From NCBI GenBank assembly GCA_964479455.1, contig CAYZMF010000002.1, positions 1 to 47,195 of the forward strand: DNA of 47,195 nucleotides, written 5' to 3'. Source of the DNA: an uncultured Gammaproteobacteria bacterium. GTDB lineage: Bacteria > Patescibacteriota > Patescibacteriia > Patescibacteriales > UBA12465. The notes under the pieces are model-generated. The model ran no database searches, was not told the DNA's origin, and saw nothing but the letters and a program-made list of their open reading frames with translations. Of this stretch, positions 27,481 to 36,069 are shown piece by piece. The position numbers were made by a program, and so were the translations under genes. How positions within the stretch are numbered: position 1 is the first letter of the stretch; each line of letters starts with the position of its first letter.

Positions 27481-27481
27481 T
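27473..27481 (+). promoter_or_regulatory. Extended -10 element TGCTATAAT inside the 3' end of murF
   Basis: The exact 9-mer lies 6 nt upstream of the rfbD ATG (27488). It includes the murF stop codon. Confidence 0.35.
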
Positions 27482-27487
27482 TTACTT

Positions 27488-28351
27488 ATGAAAAAAGCAT
27501 TAATCTTAGGCTCTAAGGGGAATTTAGGAGGGCAAATAGTGAAGGAGTTTAGACACGATTATCAATTAATACCTTTAGATAAAGAGCAAATTAATTTATT
27601 TGAAATTCCAAAATTAGCCTCTTTCTTAGAGCAATTTAAACCTAGTATCATTGTTAATACAGTTGCCTATAACAAAGTAGATGACTGCCAGGACTCAAGC
27701 GAAGAATATCAGAAGGCGCTTTTTTTAAATGAAAAATTAGTTGGTTTTTTAGCTGATTGGAGTCTGGAGAGAGAAGCCACCCTTATTCACTATTCAAGTG
27801 ATTATGTTTTTAACTCAGATAATATAGACCATCAAGGTTTTTTAGAAAAGGATCAAACTAAGCCAATTAATAAATATGGCTTAAGTAAGTCATTAGGAGA
27901 AAAAAAGATTTTAGCTCTGGCTAATAAGGGTCTCGCTTATTATCTAATTAGAAGCTCTAAACTATTTGGACCAGTCGGAAAAAGTCCAAATAGTAAGCCA
28001 AGTTTTTTTGACATAATGATAAAATTGAGTCAGGCTAATAAAAAGATAAGAGTGGTAAGTAGTGAGAGAAGTTGCTTTACTTATACCCCCGATTTAGCTC
28101 AGGCCAGTCTTTCCTTGTTAAAAGACCAAGCTAAATATGGCATTTACCATTTAGTCAACGAAAATCCAGTTACTTGGTATCAAGCTTTAGTTTTTTTGTT
28201 TGAATATTTAAAAATTAAAAATGTAGAAATTGAAGCAGTTAAGAGCTTAGAGAGAATTGCTCCTAGACCTATTTCTTCAATTTTAATTAACAGCAAAAGA
28301 AGAAAGCTAAGACCCTATACTGAGGCTTTATTAAATTATTATAAACAATAA
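27488..28351 (+). CDS. rfbD: dTDP-4-dehydrorhamnose reductase
   Basis: MKKALILGSKGNLGGQ (Rossmann), HYSSDYVF, YGLSKSLGE. I prefer the ATG at 27488 over the ORF-track start at 27464. Confidence 0.85.
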   Translation: MKKALILGSKGNLGGQIVKEFRHDYQLIPLDKEQINLFEIPKLASFLEQFKPSIIVNTVAYNKVDDCQDSSEEYQKALFLNEKLVGFLADWSLEREATLIHYSSDYVFNSDNIDHQGFLEKDQTKPINKYGLSKSLGEKKILALANKGLAYYLIRSSKLFGPVGKSPNSKPSFFDIMIKLSQANKKIRVVSSERSCFTYTPDLAQASLSLLKDQAKYGIYHLVNENPVTWYQALVFLFEYLKIKNVEIEAVKSLERIAPRPISSILINSKRRKLRPYTEALLNYYKQ

Positions 28352-28355
28352 ATAT

Positions 28356-29081
28356 ATGAGAGGAATCATTTTATCAGGAGGAAGTGGCACTAGGCTTCAC
28401 CCATTAACAAAAATCACTAGCAAGCAATTACTACCAGTCTATTCCAAGCCAATGATATACTATCCCCTCAATACCTTAATTAAGGCAGGTATTAAGGAAA
28501 TATTAATTATAGTCTCGCCAGAAAGGGCTGGTGATTATTTAAACCTACTAGGCAGCGGAAAAGATTTTGGCGTTAAGTTTACTTACGAAATACAAGATAA
28601 GCCGGAAGGTCTAGCCCAAGCTTTCATCATCGCCGAGAATTTCATTGATAAAGAAGATGTGACTATGATCTTGGGTGATAATATTTTCAGCGATGACTTT
28701 AGCCAAGATATTGCTAGTTTTAAATCGGGAGCTAAAATTTTCGCCAAAGAAGTATCTGATCCAGAAAGGTTTGGGGTTGTTAAGTTTGATGAGGAAAACA
28801 AAGCCCAGCAAATTGTGGAGAAACCTAAGGAATTTTTAAGTTCCTGGGCAGTAGTTGGGCTCTATATCTATGATCACAGTGTAGTGGAAGTAGCTAAGAA
28901 CTTAAAACCTAGTGCGCGTGGTGAGTTAGAGATAAGTGATTTAAATAGTCATTACTTAAAGGAACAAAAATTAGAAGTAGCTAAAGTAATGGGCGATTGG
29001 CTTGACGCCGGTACCTTCGACAGCCTTCTTAAAGCCCAGAATTTAGCTAAAGAAAAACTTGTCGATAAGCTGATAATATGA
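28356..29081 (+). CDS. rfbA: Glucose-1-phosphate thymidylyltransferase-like sugar nucleotidyltransferase (short form)
   Basis: 241 aa. MRGIILSGGSGTRLHPLTKITSKQLLPVYSKPMIYYPL, GLAQAF, LGDNIF, DAGT. Confidence 0.85.
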   Translation: MRGIILSGGSGTRLHPLTKITSKQLLPVYSKPMIYYPLNTLIKAGIKEILIIVSPERAGDYLNLLGSGKDFGVKFTYEIQDKPEGLAQAFIIAENFIDKEDVTMILGDNIFSDDFSQDIASFKSGAKIFAKEVSDPERFGVVKFDEENKAQQIVEKPKEFLSSWAVVGLYIYDHSVVEVAKNLKPSARGELEISDLNSHYLKEQKLEVAKVMGDWLDAGTFDSLLKAQNLAKEKLVDKLII

Positions 29082-29992
29082 AACTAGTGATTGCCACCTT
29101 GCTTTACCGACAAAATTCTTTTAATTACCTGCCATTTTTTTTGAATAGTTTAAAAACAGCCAGCTCAGTTTTAGACTTTAAATTTAAAATTTTCTTAGGT
29201 GACAATAGTGGCTCAGATTTAAATAACTTAAATTATCTAAAAAGGCAAAAAATAATTGATCAATCTAAAATTAATTATTATAAGTTTAAAACAAATCTTG
29301 GCTTTGCCAAAGGCTATAATAAATTAATTACTGAGGCTTCTAAAATGAGGGCTGAGTATTTTCTAGCTTTAAATCCTGATGTTTTATGCTCAAAAGAGGC
29401 TATTTTAAACTTAGTAAAGGCAAGCGATTTAAATTCAAAACTAGCCTCTCTCTCGCCTAAAATACTAGTTTGGGATTTTAATAATAATAGGCTAAAATCT
29501 CAAATTGATTCTTGTGGCTTAGTATTAAAAGCCGGACTAAAGTTTAAAGATTTAGGGCAGGGCAGAGAAGACAAAAATCAATATGTTCAAAATGAGATAA
29601 TCGGCCCCTCTGGGGCAGTTGCTTTATATAAAATGTCAGCTTTGGAGAAGGTCAAAGAAAATGATCAATACTTTGATGAAAATTTTTTTATGTACAAAGA
29701 GGATTGCGACCTGGCCTATCGCTTCTATCTAAATAATTTAAGCAGTAAGACAATCAACAACTCTATTTTCTATCATGACCGAAGTGTTTCTGGAGGTAGT
29801 TTGATTAATAGAATTAATAATCGCTTAAAAAGAAGTCGCCAAGTCCGGGCTTGGTCATTTCAAGGACAAGTTTATATTTACAAAAAACATTTCTCAACAC
29901 AATCATTTTTAAACAAGCTCATCATTATTTTTAATTTAATAAAACTCTATACATACTCTCTTCTTTTTGAGAGATTTGTTTTTAGAAAATAG
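29078..29992 (+). CDS. Glycosyltransferase family 2
   Basis: 304 aa. GFAKGYN, LNPDV, GAVALYK, MYKEDCDLAYR (ED motif). ATGA overlap with rfbA. Confidence 0.8.
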   Translation: MKLVIATLLYRQNSFNYLPFFLNSLKTASSVLDFKFKIFLGDNSGSDLNNLNYLKRQKIIDQSKINYYKFKTNLGFAKGYNKLITEASKMRAEYFLALNPDVLCSKEAILNLVKASDLNSKLASLSPKILVWDFNNNRLKSQIDSCGLVLKAGLKFKDLGQGREDKNQYVQNEIIGPSGAVALYKMSALEKVKENDQYFDENFFMYKEDCDLAYRFYLNNLSSKTINNSIFYHDRSVSGGSLINRINNRLKRSRQVRAWSFQGQVYIYKKHFSTQSFLNKLIIIFNLIKLYTYSLLFERFVFRK

Positions 29993-29995
29993 CTA

Positions 29996-30024
29996 TTGAC
30001 TAATTAAAATATATGTGATAATTT
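29996..30024 (+). promoter_or_regulatory. Sigma70-like promoter (TTGACT-17-TAATTT, preceded by TGtGATAAT-like sequence)
   Basis: ttgact at 29996-30001. tgtgataat at 30014-30022 overlaps the -10 region. It lies upstream of the ATG at 30055. Confidence 0.4.
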
Positions 30025-30054
30025 TATATTACTTAGATAAATATATATAAAAAT

Positions 30055-31080
30055 ATGGACAATATCACTTTAGAGAAAATTATTCAAGAAAGGCAAGCCG
30101 AGGAGTTAAAAAGGCTTAATTCGGTTTCTATGATGGAGGGTCTTTTAGCTAAACTCTTAGACAGAGAGAAGGATGTTTTAAATAGGCGCTTTTCTCTAGA
30201 TGGCCGTCCTAGTGAAACCTTAGAAAAGATTGGTGGTATTCATAATTTAACTAGGGAAAGAGTCAGGCAAATTGAGGCAGCCAGTATTAAAAAGATAAGA
30301 AAGTATAGTGACCTTGATGAAAGTTTAACTACCTTAAAGAGAGTGGTTGGACATCTATTAGAAGAGCACGGTGGTTTACTTAAAAAAGATTTCTTATTAG
30401 ATATTTTAACTGTTTTAAGTGTTGAGTTAAGTGGTGAGGCTGATTTGGCTGAAAAGAAGGAGGTCTATAAAAATAATTTTGATTTCATTATTTCTAAAAT
30501 TTTAGCAGATAAATTTGATTTTATTAACAAATCTGACCGTTTTAATCCGATTATTAGATTAAAGGAAGAAAAAATAGATCACCTTGAAAATTTAGCTGAT
30601 GACTTGTTGAGTAAGATTGATACTCTCAAGCAAACTTTAACGACGGAAGAATTAGTTGATATGCTTAAAAAACTAGACGCCTATACTCGCTATCAAGAAA
30701 AATTAAATAAAGAGAAAAGTATTGATATCTTTCCTCTTTATAAAAGCCAGACTTTTTATGATAAGGCAGAAATTATCAATAGCAATAAGGTGCTCTATTC
30801 TTTAATTCAAGCGATTAAAAACTTGGAAAGAAATCAGTATGGCTATTGGGGGAAGTCTGATTGGCAGGAAATAAAACCTAAAACTATCAATGACAAAATA
30901 TTTTTAGTTTTAAAACACTATGGACAGCCTTTACATTTTACTAAAATTGCTGAAAAAATTAATGAGGCAAAATTTGATCATAAACTAGCTAACGCTGCTA
31001 CAGTTCATAATGAATTAATTCTAGATGACCGCTATGTTTTAATTGGGCGGGGGACTTATGGATTAAAGGCTTGGCAATAA
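30055..31080 (+). CDS. Sigma-70 region-4 HTH protein with C-terminal HARE-HTH-like domain (not a complete sigma factor)
   Basis: 341 aa. Residues ~30-85 LLDREKDVLNRRFSL...ETLEKIGGIHNLTRERVRQIEAASIKKIRK are sigma region 4. The C-terminus ...IFLVLKHYGQPLHFTKIAEKI...TVHNELILDDRYVLIGRGTYGLKAW resembles the HARE-HTH/RpoE-delta N-domain. No region 2 is present. Confidence 0.7.
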   Translation: MDNITLEKIIQERQAEELKRLNSVSMMEGLLAKLLDREKDVLNRRFSLDGRPSETLEKIGGIHNLTRERVRQIEAASIKKIRKYSDLDESLTTLKRVVGHLLEEHGGLLKKDFLLDILTVLSVELSGEADLAEKKEVYKNNFDFIISKILADKFDFINKSDRFNPIIRLKEEKIDHLENLADDLLSKIDTLKQTLTTEELVDMLKKLDAYTRYQEKLNKEKSIDIFPLYKSQTFYDKAEIINSNKVLYSLIQAIKNLERNQYGYWGKSDWQEIKPKTINDKIFLVLKHYGQPLHFTKIAEKINEAKFDHKLANAATVHNELILDDRYVLIGRGTYGLKAWQ

Positions 31081-31111
31081 TCAATTTAGATAATAATTTA
31101 TCGATAAAAAA

Positions 31112-31141
31112 GAAAACTACCTTAGGGTAGTATTTTCTTTA
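31112..31141 (+). terminator. Rho-independent terminator
   Basis: Stem gaaaactacc / ggtag-t-(a)-ttttc with one bulge, loop ttag, followed by a T-rich tail. Confidence 0.5.
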
Positions 31142-31155
31142 TATATTATTATTTT

Positions 31156-31164
31156 TGTGATAAT
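31156..31164 (+). promoter_or_regulatory. Extended -10 element TGTGATAAT
   Basis: tgtgataat lies 8 nt upstream of the ATG at 31173, directly after the terminator. No SD is present. Confidence 0.4.
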
Positions 31165-31172
31165 ATAGAGAC

Positions 31173-32582
31173 ATGGAACCTTTTTTGTATTCAAATTCAA
31201 TGACAAGTTCAAGTGTTTCAAATTTCCTTGGCTGGGATTTTTATATTCTGCTGGCTATTATTATATTTGGAATTACTTATTTAGCTGGCTTTTCGTATTT
31301 CTATTTAATGCAGTTAAGAACCAAGTGGTCTGAGGCTAATTTAAGATTTATTATTCTGGCACTTGATATTCCTAAGGCAAATGAGCAGTCTCCCAAGGCA
31401 ACTGAAAACATGTTTTCCTATTTAGGCGGAGCCCATGGGGGAGTTACTTTTTTTGAAAAATGGTTTGAAGGGAAGTTTCAAGTTTCTTTTAGTTATGAAC
31501 TTATTAGCCTAGAAGGCTATACTCAATTTTTAATTAGATGTCCAATTGAATTTCGTAATTTAGTTGAAACCTCGGTCTATTCCCAGTACCCAGATGCGGA
31601 AATAATCGAAGTGGATGATTATGTTGATAACTTACCCCATAGATTTCCCGATGAGGAATATGATATTTGGGGAACTGAATTTATGTTAGCCAAACCTAAT
31701 CCTTATCCAATTAAATTGTATCGAGAATTTGAGTATATTAGCGGTCCGAGCGAAACTCAGTTTAAAGATCCAATGGCCTTATTAATGGATCTCTATAGTT
31801 CACTTGGTCTTGGGGAGTATGTTTATCTGCAAATAATTATAGTGCCGATTGGCTTTGATTGGATTGAAGAAAGTGAAAAGGAGGCGGCTAAAATTTTAGG
31901 TCGGAAGCCAGCTTACAAAAAAGATATGTCCGATAGATTTGTGGAGGTAATGGGTGAGGTTAGTGAGTTTATCTACCCACTTTGGGGTGATATAGAGGAG
32001 AAACCAAGACAGGAAGAAAAACAGCCGACAATGATGGATCTTACCCCAAAACAAAAAAAACAGATTGAAGCGGTTCAAGAGAAAGCCTCAAAATTAGCTT
32101 TTGAGGTAAAAATCAGAGCTGTCTATATCGCCAAAAAAGAGGTTTTTCATAAAGCAAAGGTGGCCAATGGTTTAGTTGGTTACATGAAGCAATTTACCGC
32201 CCTAGATTTAAATAATTTAATGCCTGATATTAAGGGCACTCTAACTAAAACAAGTTATTTCTCAAAAAAACAAAGATTGATTATTAAGAAAAATAATATT
32301 ATTAGAAATTATATTAATCGTGATGACTTTGCAGGTTCGCGTTCCAGTATTTTAAATATTGAAGAGCTAGCTACTCTTTGGCACTTTCCAATTGAAGCTT
32401 CAGTTAAGGGTCCATTAATTAAGAAAGCCCCGGGTCGTAAGGCTGACGCCCCTTCATCACTGCCAGTCTCTGAAGGCAAACAAGAGTTGATAAGCGAAGA
32501 TTTAAACTTTAAATTTGATGAGGATAAAAAAGAAGAGTCAAAGGAAATTAATATACCGGAGAATTTGCCCTTTATTGACTAA
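31173..32582 (+). CDS. Uncharacterised single-pass membrane protein
   Basis: 469 aa. TM helix FYILLAIIIFGITYLAGFSYFYL, then LRFIILALDIPKANEQSPKATENMFSYLGG..., an acidic/Lys-rich linker, and C-terminal ILNIEELATLWHFP. Confidence 0.7.
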   Translation: MEPFLYSNSMTSSSVSNFLGWDFYILLAIIIFGITYLAGFSYFYLMQLRTKWSEANLRFIILALDIPKANEQSPKATENMFSYLGGAHGGVTFFEKWFEGKFQVSFSYELISLEGYTQFLIRCPIEFRNLVETSVYSQYPDAEIIEVDDYVDNLPHRFPDEEYDIWGTEFMLAKPNPYPIKLYREFEYISGPSETQFKDPMALLMDLYSSLGLGEYVYLQIIIVPIGFDWIEESEKEAAKILGRKPAYKKDMSDRFVEVMGEVSEFIYPLWGDIEEKPRQEEKQPTMMDLTPKQKKQIEAVQEKASKLAFEVKIRAVYIAKKEVFHKAKVANGLVGYMKQFTALDLNNLMPDIKGTLTKTSYFSKKQRLIIKKNNIIRNYINRDDFAGSRSSILNIEELATLWHFPIEASVKGPLIKKAPGRKADAPSSLPVSEGKQELISEDLNFKFDEDKKEESKEINIPENLPFID

Positions 32583-32585
32583 TTT

Positions 32586-33737
32586 ATGAAAAAAAAAATT
32601 AAAATTGGAATTGATGCTCGTCTTTTTGGACCGGTTGGAAAAGGACTAGGGCGTTATATGGAGGAGTTAATAAAAAAAATGCTATTAATAAGTAAAGAGC
32701 AGCACTTTGTTGTTTTTTTAAATAGTTCAAATTTTAATTTGCTGCCAGAGGCTGATAATTTAGAAAAAGTATTAGTTGATATTAAGTGGTATAGTTTGAA
32801 AGAACAGATTATTTTGCCCCGCTTAATTAGAGAAAAGAAAATAGACTTAATGCATTTTCCTCATTTTAACGCGGCTATATTTTGCCCCTGTCCTTTTGTG
32901 CTTACAATTCATGATTTAATCTTAACTAAGTTTCCCTCAATTAAAGCCTCTAGCTTGTCTTATTTAAGTTATTGGTTTAAATACTTTATGTATCGGCTGG
33001 TTATTAAGATAGCGGTTTTAAGAGCGAGGAAAATTATCACTGTTTCTCTTTTTAGTAAAAATGATATCATTAAGAAATTAAAAGTTAAAAGCCAAAAAAT
33101 TGTGGTCATCTATGAAGGGGTTTCTAAACTGAAAAATTCAAGCCTCAAGGAAGATGATCTAATTAAAAAATATGACTTAAAGGGGCCATATATTCTCTAT
33201 ATTGGCAATGCCTATCCTCACAAAAATTTAGACTTTCTGCTAAAAGCTTTGTTTGAGATAAGAAATAGGGGAGAGAAGACTAGATTGGTTTTAGTCGGTA
33301 AAGAAGATTATTTTTACCAGCAATTAAAGAAAAATGCTGGAAATTTAAAGATATATCAAAAATATGATATAATTAAAAGTCCGGTAGTTTTCACTGGCTA
33401 TGTTAGTGATAATCAGTTAAAAAAATTATATCAGAAAGCTTTTTTTTACGCCTTTCCCTCCTTTTATGAGGGATTTGGCTTACCTCCACTTGAGGCTATG
33501 TCTCAATCCTGTTTAGTCTTATCATCTAATCAGTCTTGCTTACCAGAAATACTATCTCAAGCAGCTATTTATTTCTCTCCTTTTAAGCTAGATGATTTTA
33601 TAGAAAAGTATTTTCAGCTGAAAAATAATCCCAGTATTAAAGATATTTATGTCAAAAGAGGACAGAAGCAAATTTTAAAATACAGCTGGCATAAATGTGC
33701 CCAAGAAACTTTAAAGATTTACCGGGAATCCTTATGA
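32586..33737 (+). CDS. Glycosyltransferase family 4 (GT-B, GT1-type)
   Basis: 383 aa. C-terminal half has the FPSFYEGFGLPPLEAM motif (E-x7-E type). Confidence 0.85.
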   Translation: MKKKIKIGIDARLFGPVGKGLGRYMEELIKKMLLISKEQHFVVFLNSSNFNLLPEADNLEKVLVDIKWYSLKEQIILPRLIREKKIDLMHFPHFNAAIFCPCPFVLTIHDLILTKFPSIKASSLSYLSYWFKYFMYRLVIKIAVLRARKIITVSLFSKNDIIKKLKVKSQKIVVIYEGVSKLKNSSLKEDDLIKKYDLKGPYILYIGNAYPHKNLDFLLKALFEIRNRGEKTRLVLVGKEDYFYQQLKKNAGNLKIYQKYDIIKSPVVFTGYVSDNQLKKLYQKAFFYAFPSFYEGFGLPPLEAMSQSCLVLSSNQSCLPEILSQAAIYFSPFKLDDFIEKYFQLKNNPSIKDIYVKRGQKQILKYSWHKCAQETLKIYRESL

Positions 33738-36064
33738 AGAAAAAAAAATTAAAATTGAATATTATTGAAAATCCGAAATCATTATCGACTTCTTTTGTTA
33801 TTAACCTAAAAGATTTAAGTGTTAATAAAAAAAGAAGAGTTTCTAAGCTACCCTTTTTTCAAAAAAAAAATTTGGAAGTAAATTTTGCTACTAAAATTAA
33901 AAAAAGTTTTAGAAAAATTAATTTTAAAATCAAAAGAAGGCCAAGCACTAAAAGGCTTTGGTCGCAGAGATTGAGGGCCTTTTCTCAAGTTTTAAATAAT
34001 AACAAGGAAGAAAAGCAACTAAAGAAATCTAGATCTAGATCAATTCTGGCCTTTATTCTTATCCTTATTTTTCTAATTATTCCTTTTAAATTTCTCAGTT
34101 ATTTAAAAGTAATTGATATTTCAGGCTTGGAGAACAAGATTTTTAGTCATAGTCAGGCTGCCTTTAATAATTTAGGTCTAGCCAGCAATTCAATAAAAAA
34201 ACTAAATTTAGATGAGGCTAGTTCTAATTTTAATTTAGCGGCTGGCGATTTTAGAGAGGCTAGTTTAGAATTAGAAAAATTTAATATCCTGCTACTTAAA
34301 TTAGCAAAATATTCTAATGATCCAAAATTTAAATTAGCCTCAGCTGCCCCTCATTTTTTAGAGGCTGGTAAAAGAGCAGCTAATTTAGGTCAGTACTTAA
34401 GTTTGGGTTTTGAAGCTTTTTTAAATAATAATAATGATTGGGAAGAAAAGATTAAATCCTTTTTTAATTATAATAATTTAGCCTTGAGTGAAATTTATGA
34501 GCTAAATAAAGCCTTAGACAAGATTGACCCCAAGCTAGTGCCAATTGAGCATCAAGCTTTATATTCATTATATGAAAATACTGCCAAGGAGATAGAAGGT
34601 TCTTTAGCTGCTGTTAAAAACCTAGAAAATACTTTCTATACTATTTTAGGTTTTGACAGGAAGCAGAGATATCTCCTTGTTTTTCAGAATAATTATGAAA
34701 TGAGAGCTAGTGGTGGATTTATGGGCAGCTACGCCTTAGTCGATGTTTTAAATGGAGCAATTGTGAACTTAGAGGTCCCTAGTGGTGGCAGCTATGACAC
34801 AGAAGCGGGCATGACCAGCTTTATTGCCTCACCTGAGCCTTTATGGCTAGTTAGTCCTCGTTGGTATCTTTGGGATGCTAATTGGTGGCCAGATTGGCCA
34901 ACTAGTGCTAAGAATATAATGTATTTATACGAAAAAAGTAGTGGTCCGAGCGTTGATGGAGTAATTGCCTTTAACTTGCCGGTTTTAGAAACTTTACTTA
35001 AATTAACGGGACCAATTGACTTGGGGGACGACTATGGGCTAAGAATTGATGATCAAAACTTTTGGCTTCTTTTGCAAAAGACCACTGAAAAGAAAAATCT
35101 TTTACTTAGTCATTCTCAAGAATTAATGGATATTCCCGATAGTTTAGAAAATGAACCAAAGCAAATAATTGCTGACTTAATGACCTCTGTTTTAGAAATT
35201 TTACCTGAGAAACTTAACTTTGAAAGCTTAGCTTTTTTACTGCAAAGTTTAAACCAGCACCTAAAAGCTAAGGATATATTGTTATACTTTAATGACAGAC
35301 TGCCTCAAGAAAAAATTAATGAACTAGGTTTATCAGCTTCAATTTCTCAAACAGATTATGATTATTTAATGATTATAAATAGCAATATTGCTGGGCAAAA
35401 AACAGATAAAGTGATGGAGGAAAAAGTTTTTCTAGATACTAAAATTTTGAAAGATGGTCGGATCATAAATGAACTAACAATCGCTAAAAAACATACCGGT
35501 CTCAAAAATGAAATATTTACAGGAGTTAGAAATGTAAATTGGTTAAGGGTCTATGTCCCGGAGGGTAGTAAATTGATTTCTGCCAGTGGCTTTAAGACGC
35601 CTGATTTGGAATATTTTAGCTATCCAGAAGATGAGTGGGAAAATATTCCCTTAGTTGAAGAAGGGGAGAAAAGGGCCGAGATTGATCCCCAATCAAAAAC
35701 CTTGGTTTATCAAGAATTAGATAAAACAGTTTTTGCCAATTGGACAATGACAGATCCTCAAAAGCATTCAGTGATTAAATTAAAATATGAATTACCCTTC
35801 AAGTTTAAGCCCTTAGCGCAGGAACAGTCCTGGCTTAAGAGTTTAATCTCGAAAGACGGCAGAGAAAGTTATTTTCATTCCTTGCTCCTTCAAAAGCAAG
35901 CCGGCTTAAAAGACTTTCAATTCTATTCGAGGATGAGAGCCGAAGGGAATTGGCAGCTTAAGTGGTTCTACCCTGAAAATATGTCTAATTCGCAATATAT
36001 TTGGTCAATAGATGAAATAATTAATCAAGATAAAATTTGGGCTTTTAGTGCTCAAGCTTTATAA
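33734..36064 (+). CDS. DUF4012-type single-pass membrane protein
   Basis: Lys-rich N-terminus, TM ILAFILILIFLIIPF, and the motif RYLLVFQNNYEMRASGGFMGSYALV, which I recall as the DUF4012 signature. The ATG at 33734 overlaps the GT4 stop (ATGA). Confidence 0.75.
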   Translation: MKKKKLKLNIIENPKSLSTSFVINLKDLSVNKKRRVSKLPFFQKKNLEVNFATKIKKSFRKINFKIKRRPSTKRLWSQRLRAFSQVLNNNKEEKQLKKSRSRSILAFILILIFLIIPFKFLSYLKVIDISGLENKIFSHSQAAFNNLGLASNSIKKLNLDEASSNFNLAAGDFREASLELEKFNILLLKLAKYSNDPKFKLASAAPHFLEAGKRAANLGQYLSLGFEAFLNNNNDWEEKIKSFFNYNNLALSEIYELNKALDKIDPKLVPIEHQALYSLYENTAKEIEGSLAAVKNLENTFYTILGFDRKQRYLLVFQNNYEMRASGGFMGSYALVDVLNGAIVNLEVPSGGSYDTEAGMTSFIASPEPLWLVSPRWYLWDANWWPDWPTSAKNIMYLYEKSSGPSVDGVIAFNLPVLETLLKLTGPIDLGDDYGLRIDDQNFWLLLQKTTEKKNLLLSHSQELMDIPDSLENEPKQIIADLMTSVLEILPEKLNFESLAFLLQSLNQHLKAKDILLYFNDRLPQEKINELGLSASISQTDYDYLMIINSNIAGQKTDKVMEEKVFLDTKILKDGRIINELTIAKKHTGLKNEIFTGVRNVNWLRVYVPEGSKLISASGFKTPDLEYFSYPEDEWENIPLVEEGEKRAEIDPQSKTLVYQELDKTVFANWTMTDPQKHSVIKLKYELPFKFKPLAQEQSWLKSLISKDGRESYFHSLLLQKQAGLKDFQFYSRMRAEGNWQLKWFYPENMSNSQYIWSIDEIINQDKIWAFSAQAL

Positions 36065-36069
36065 AAAAT

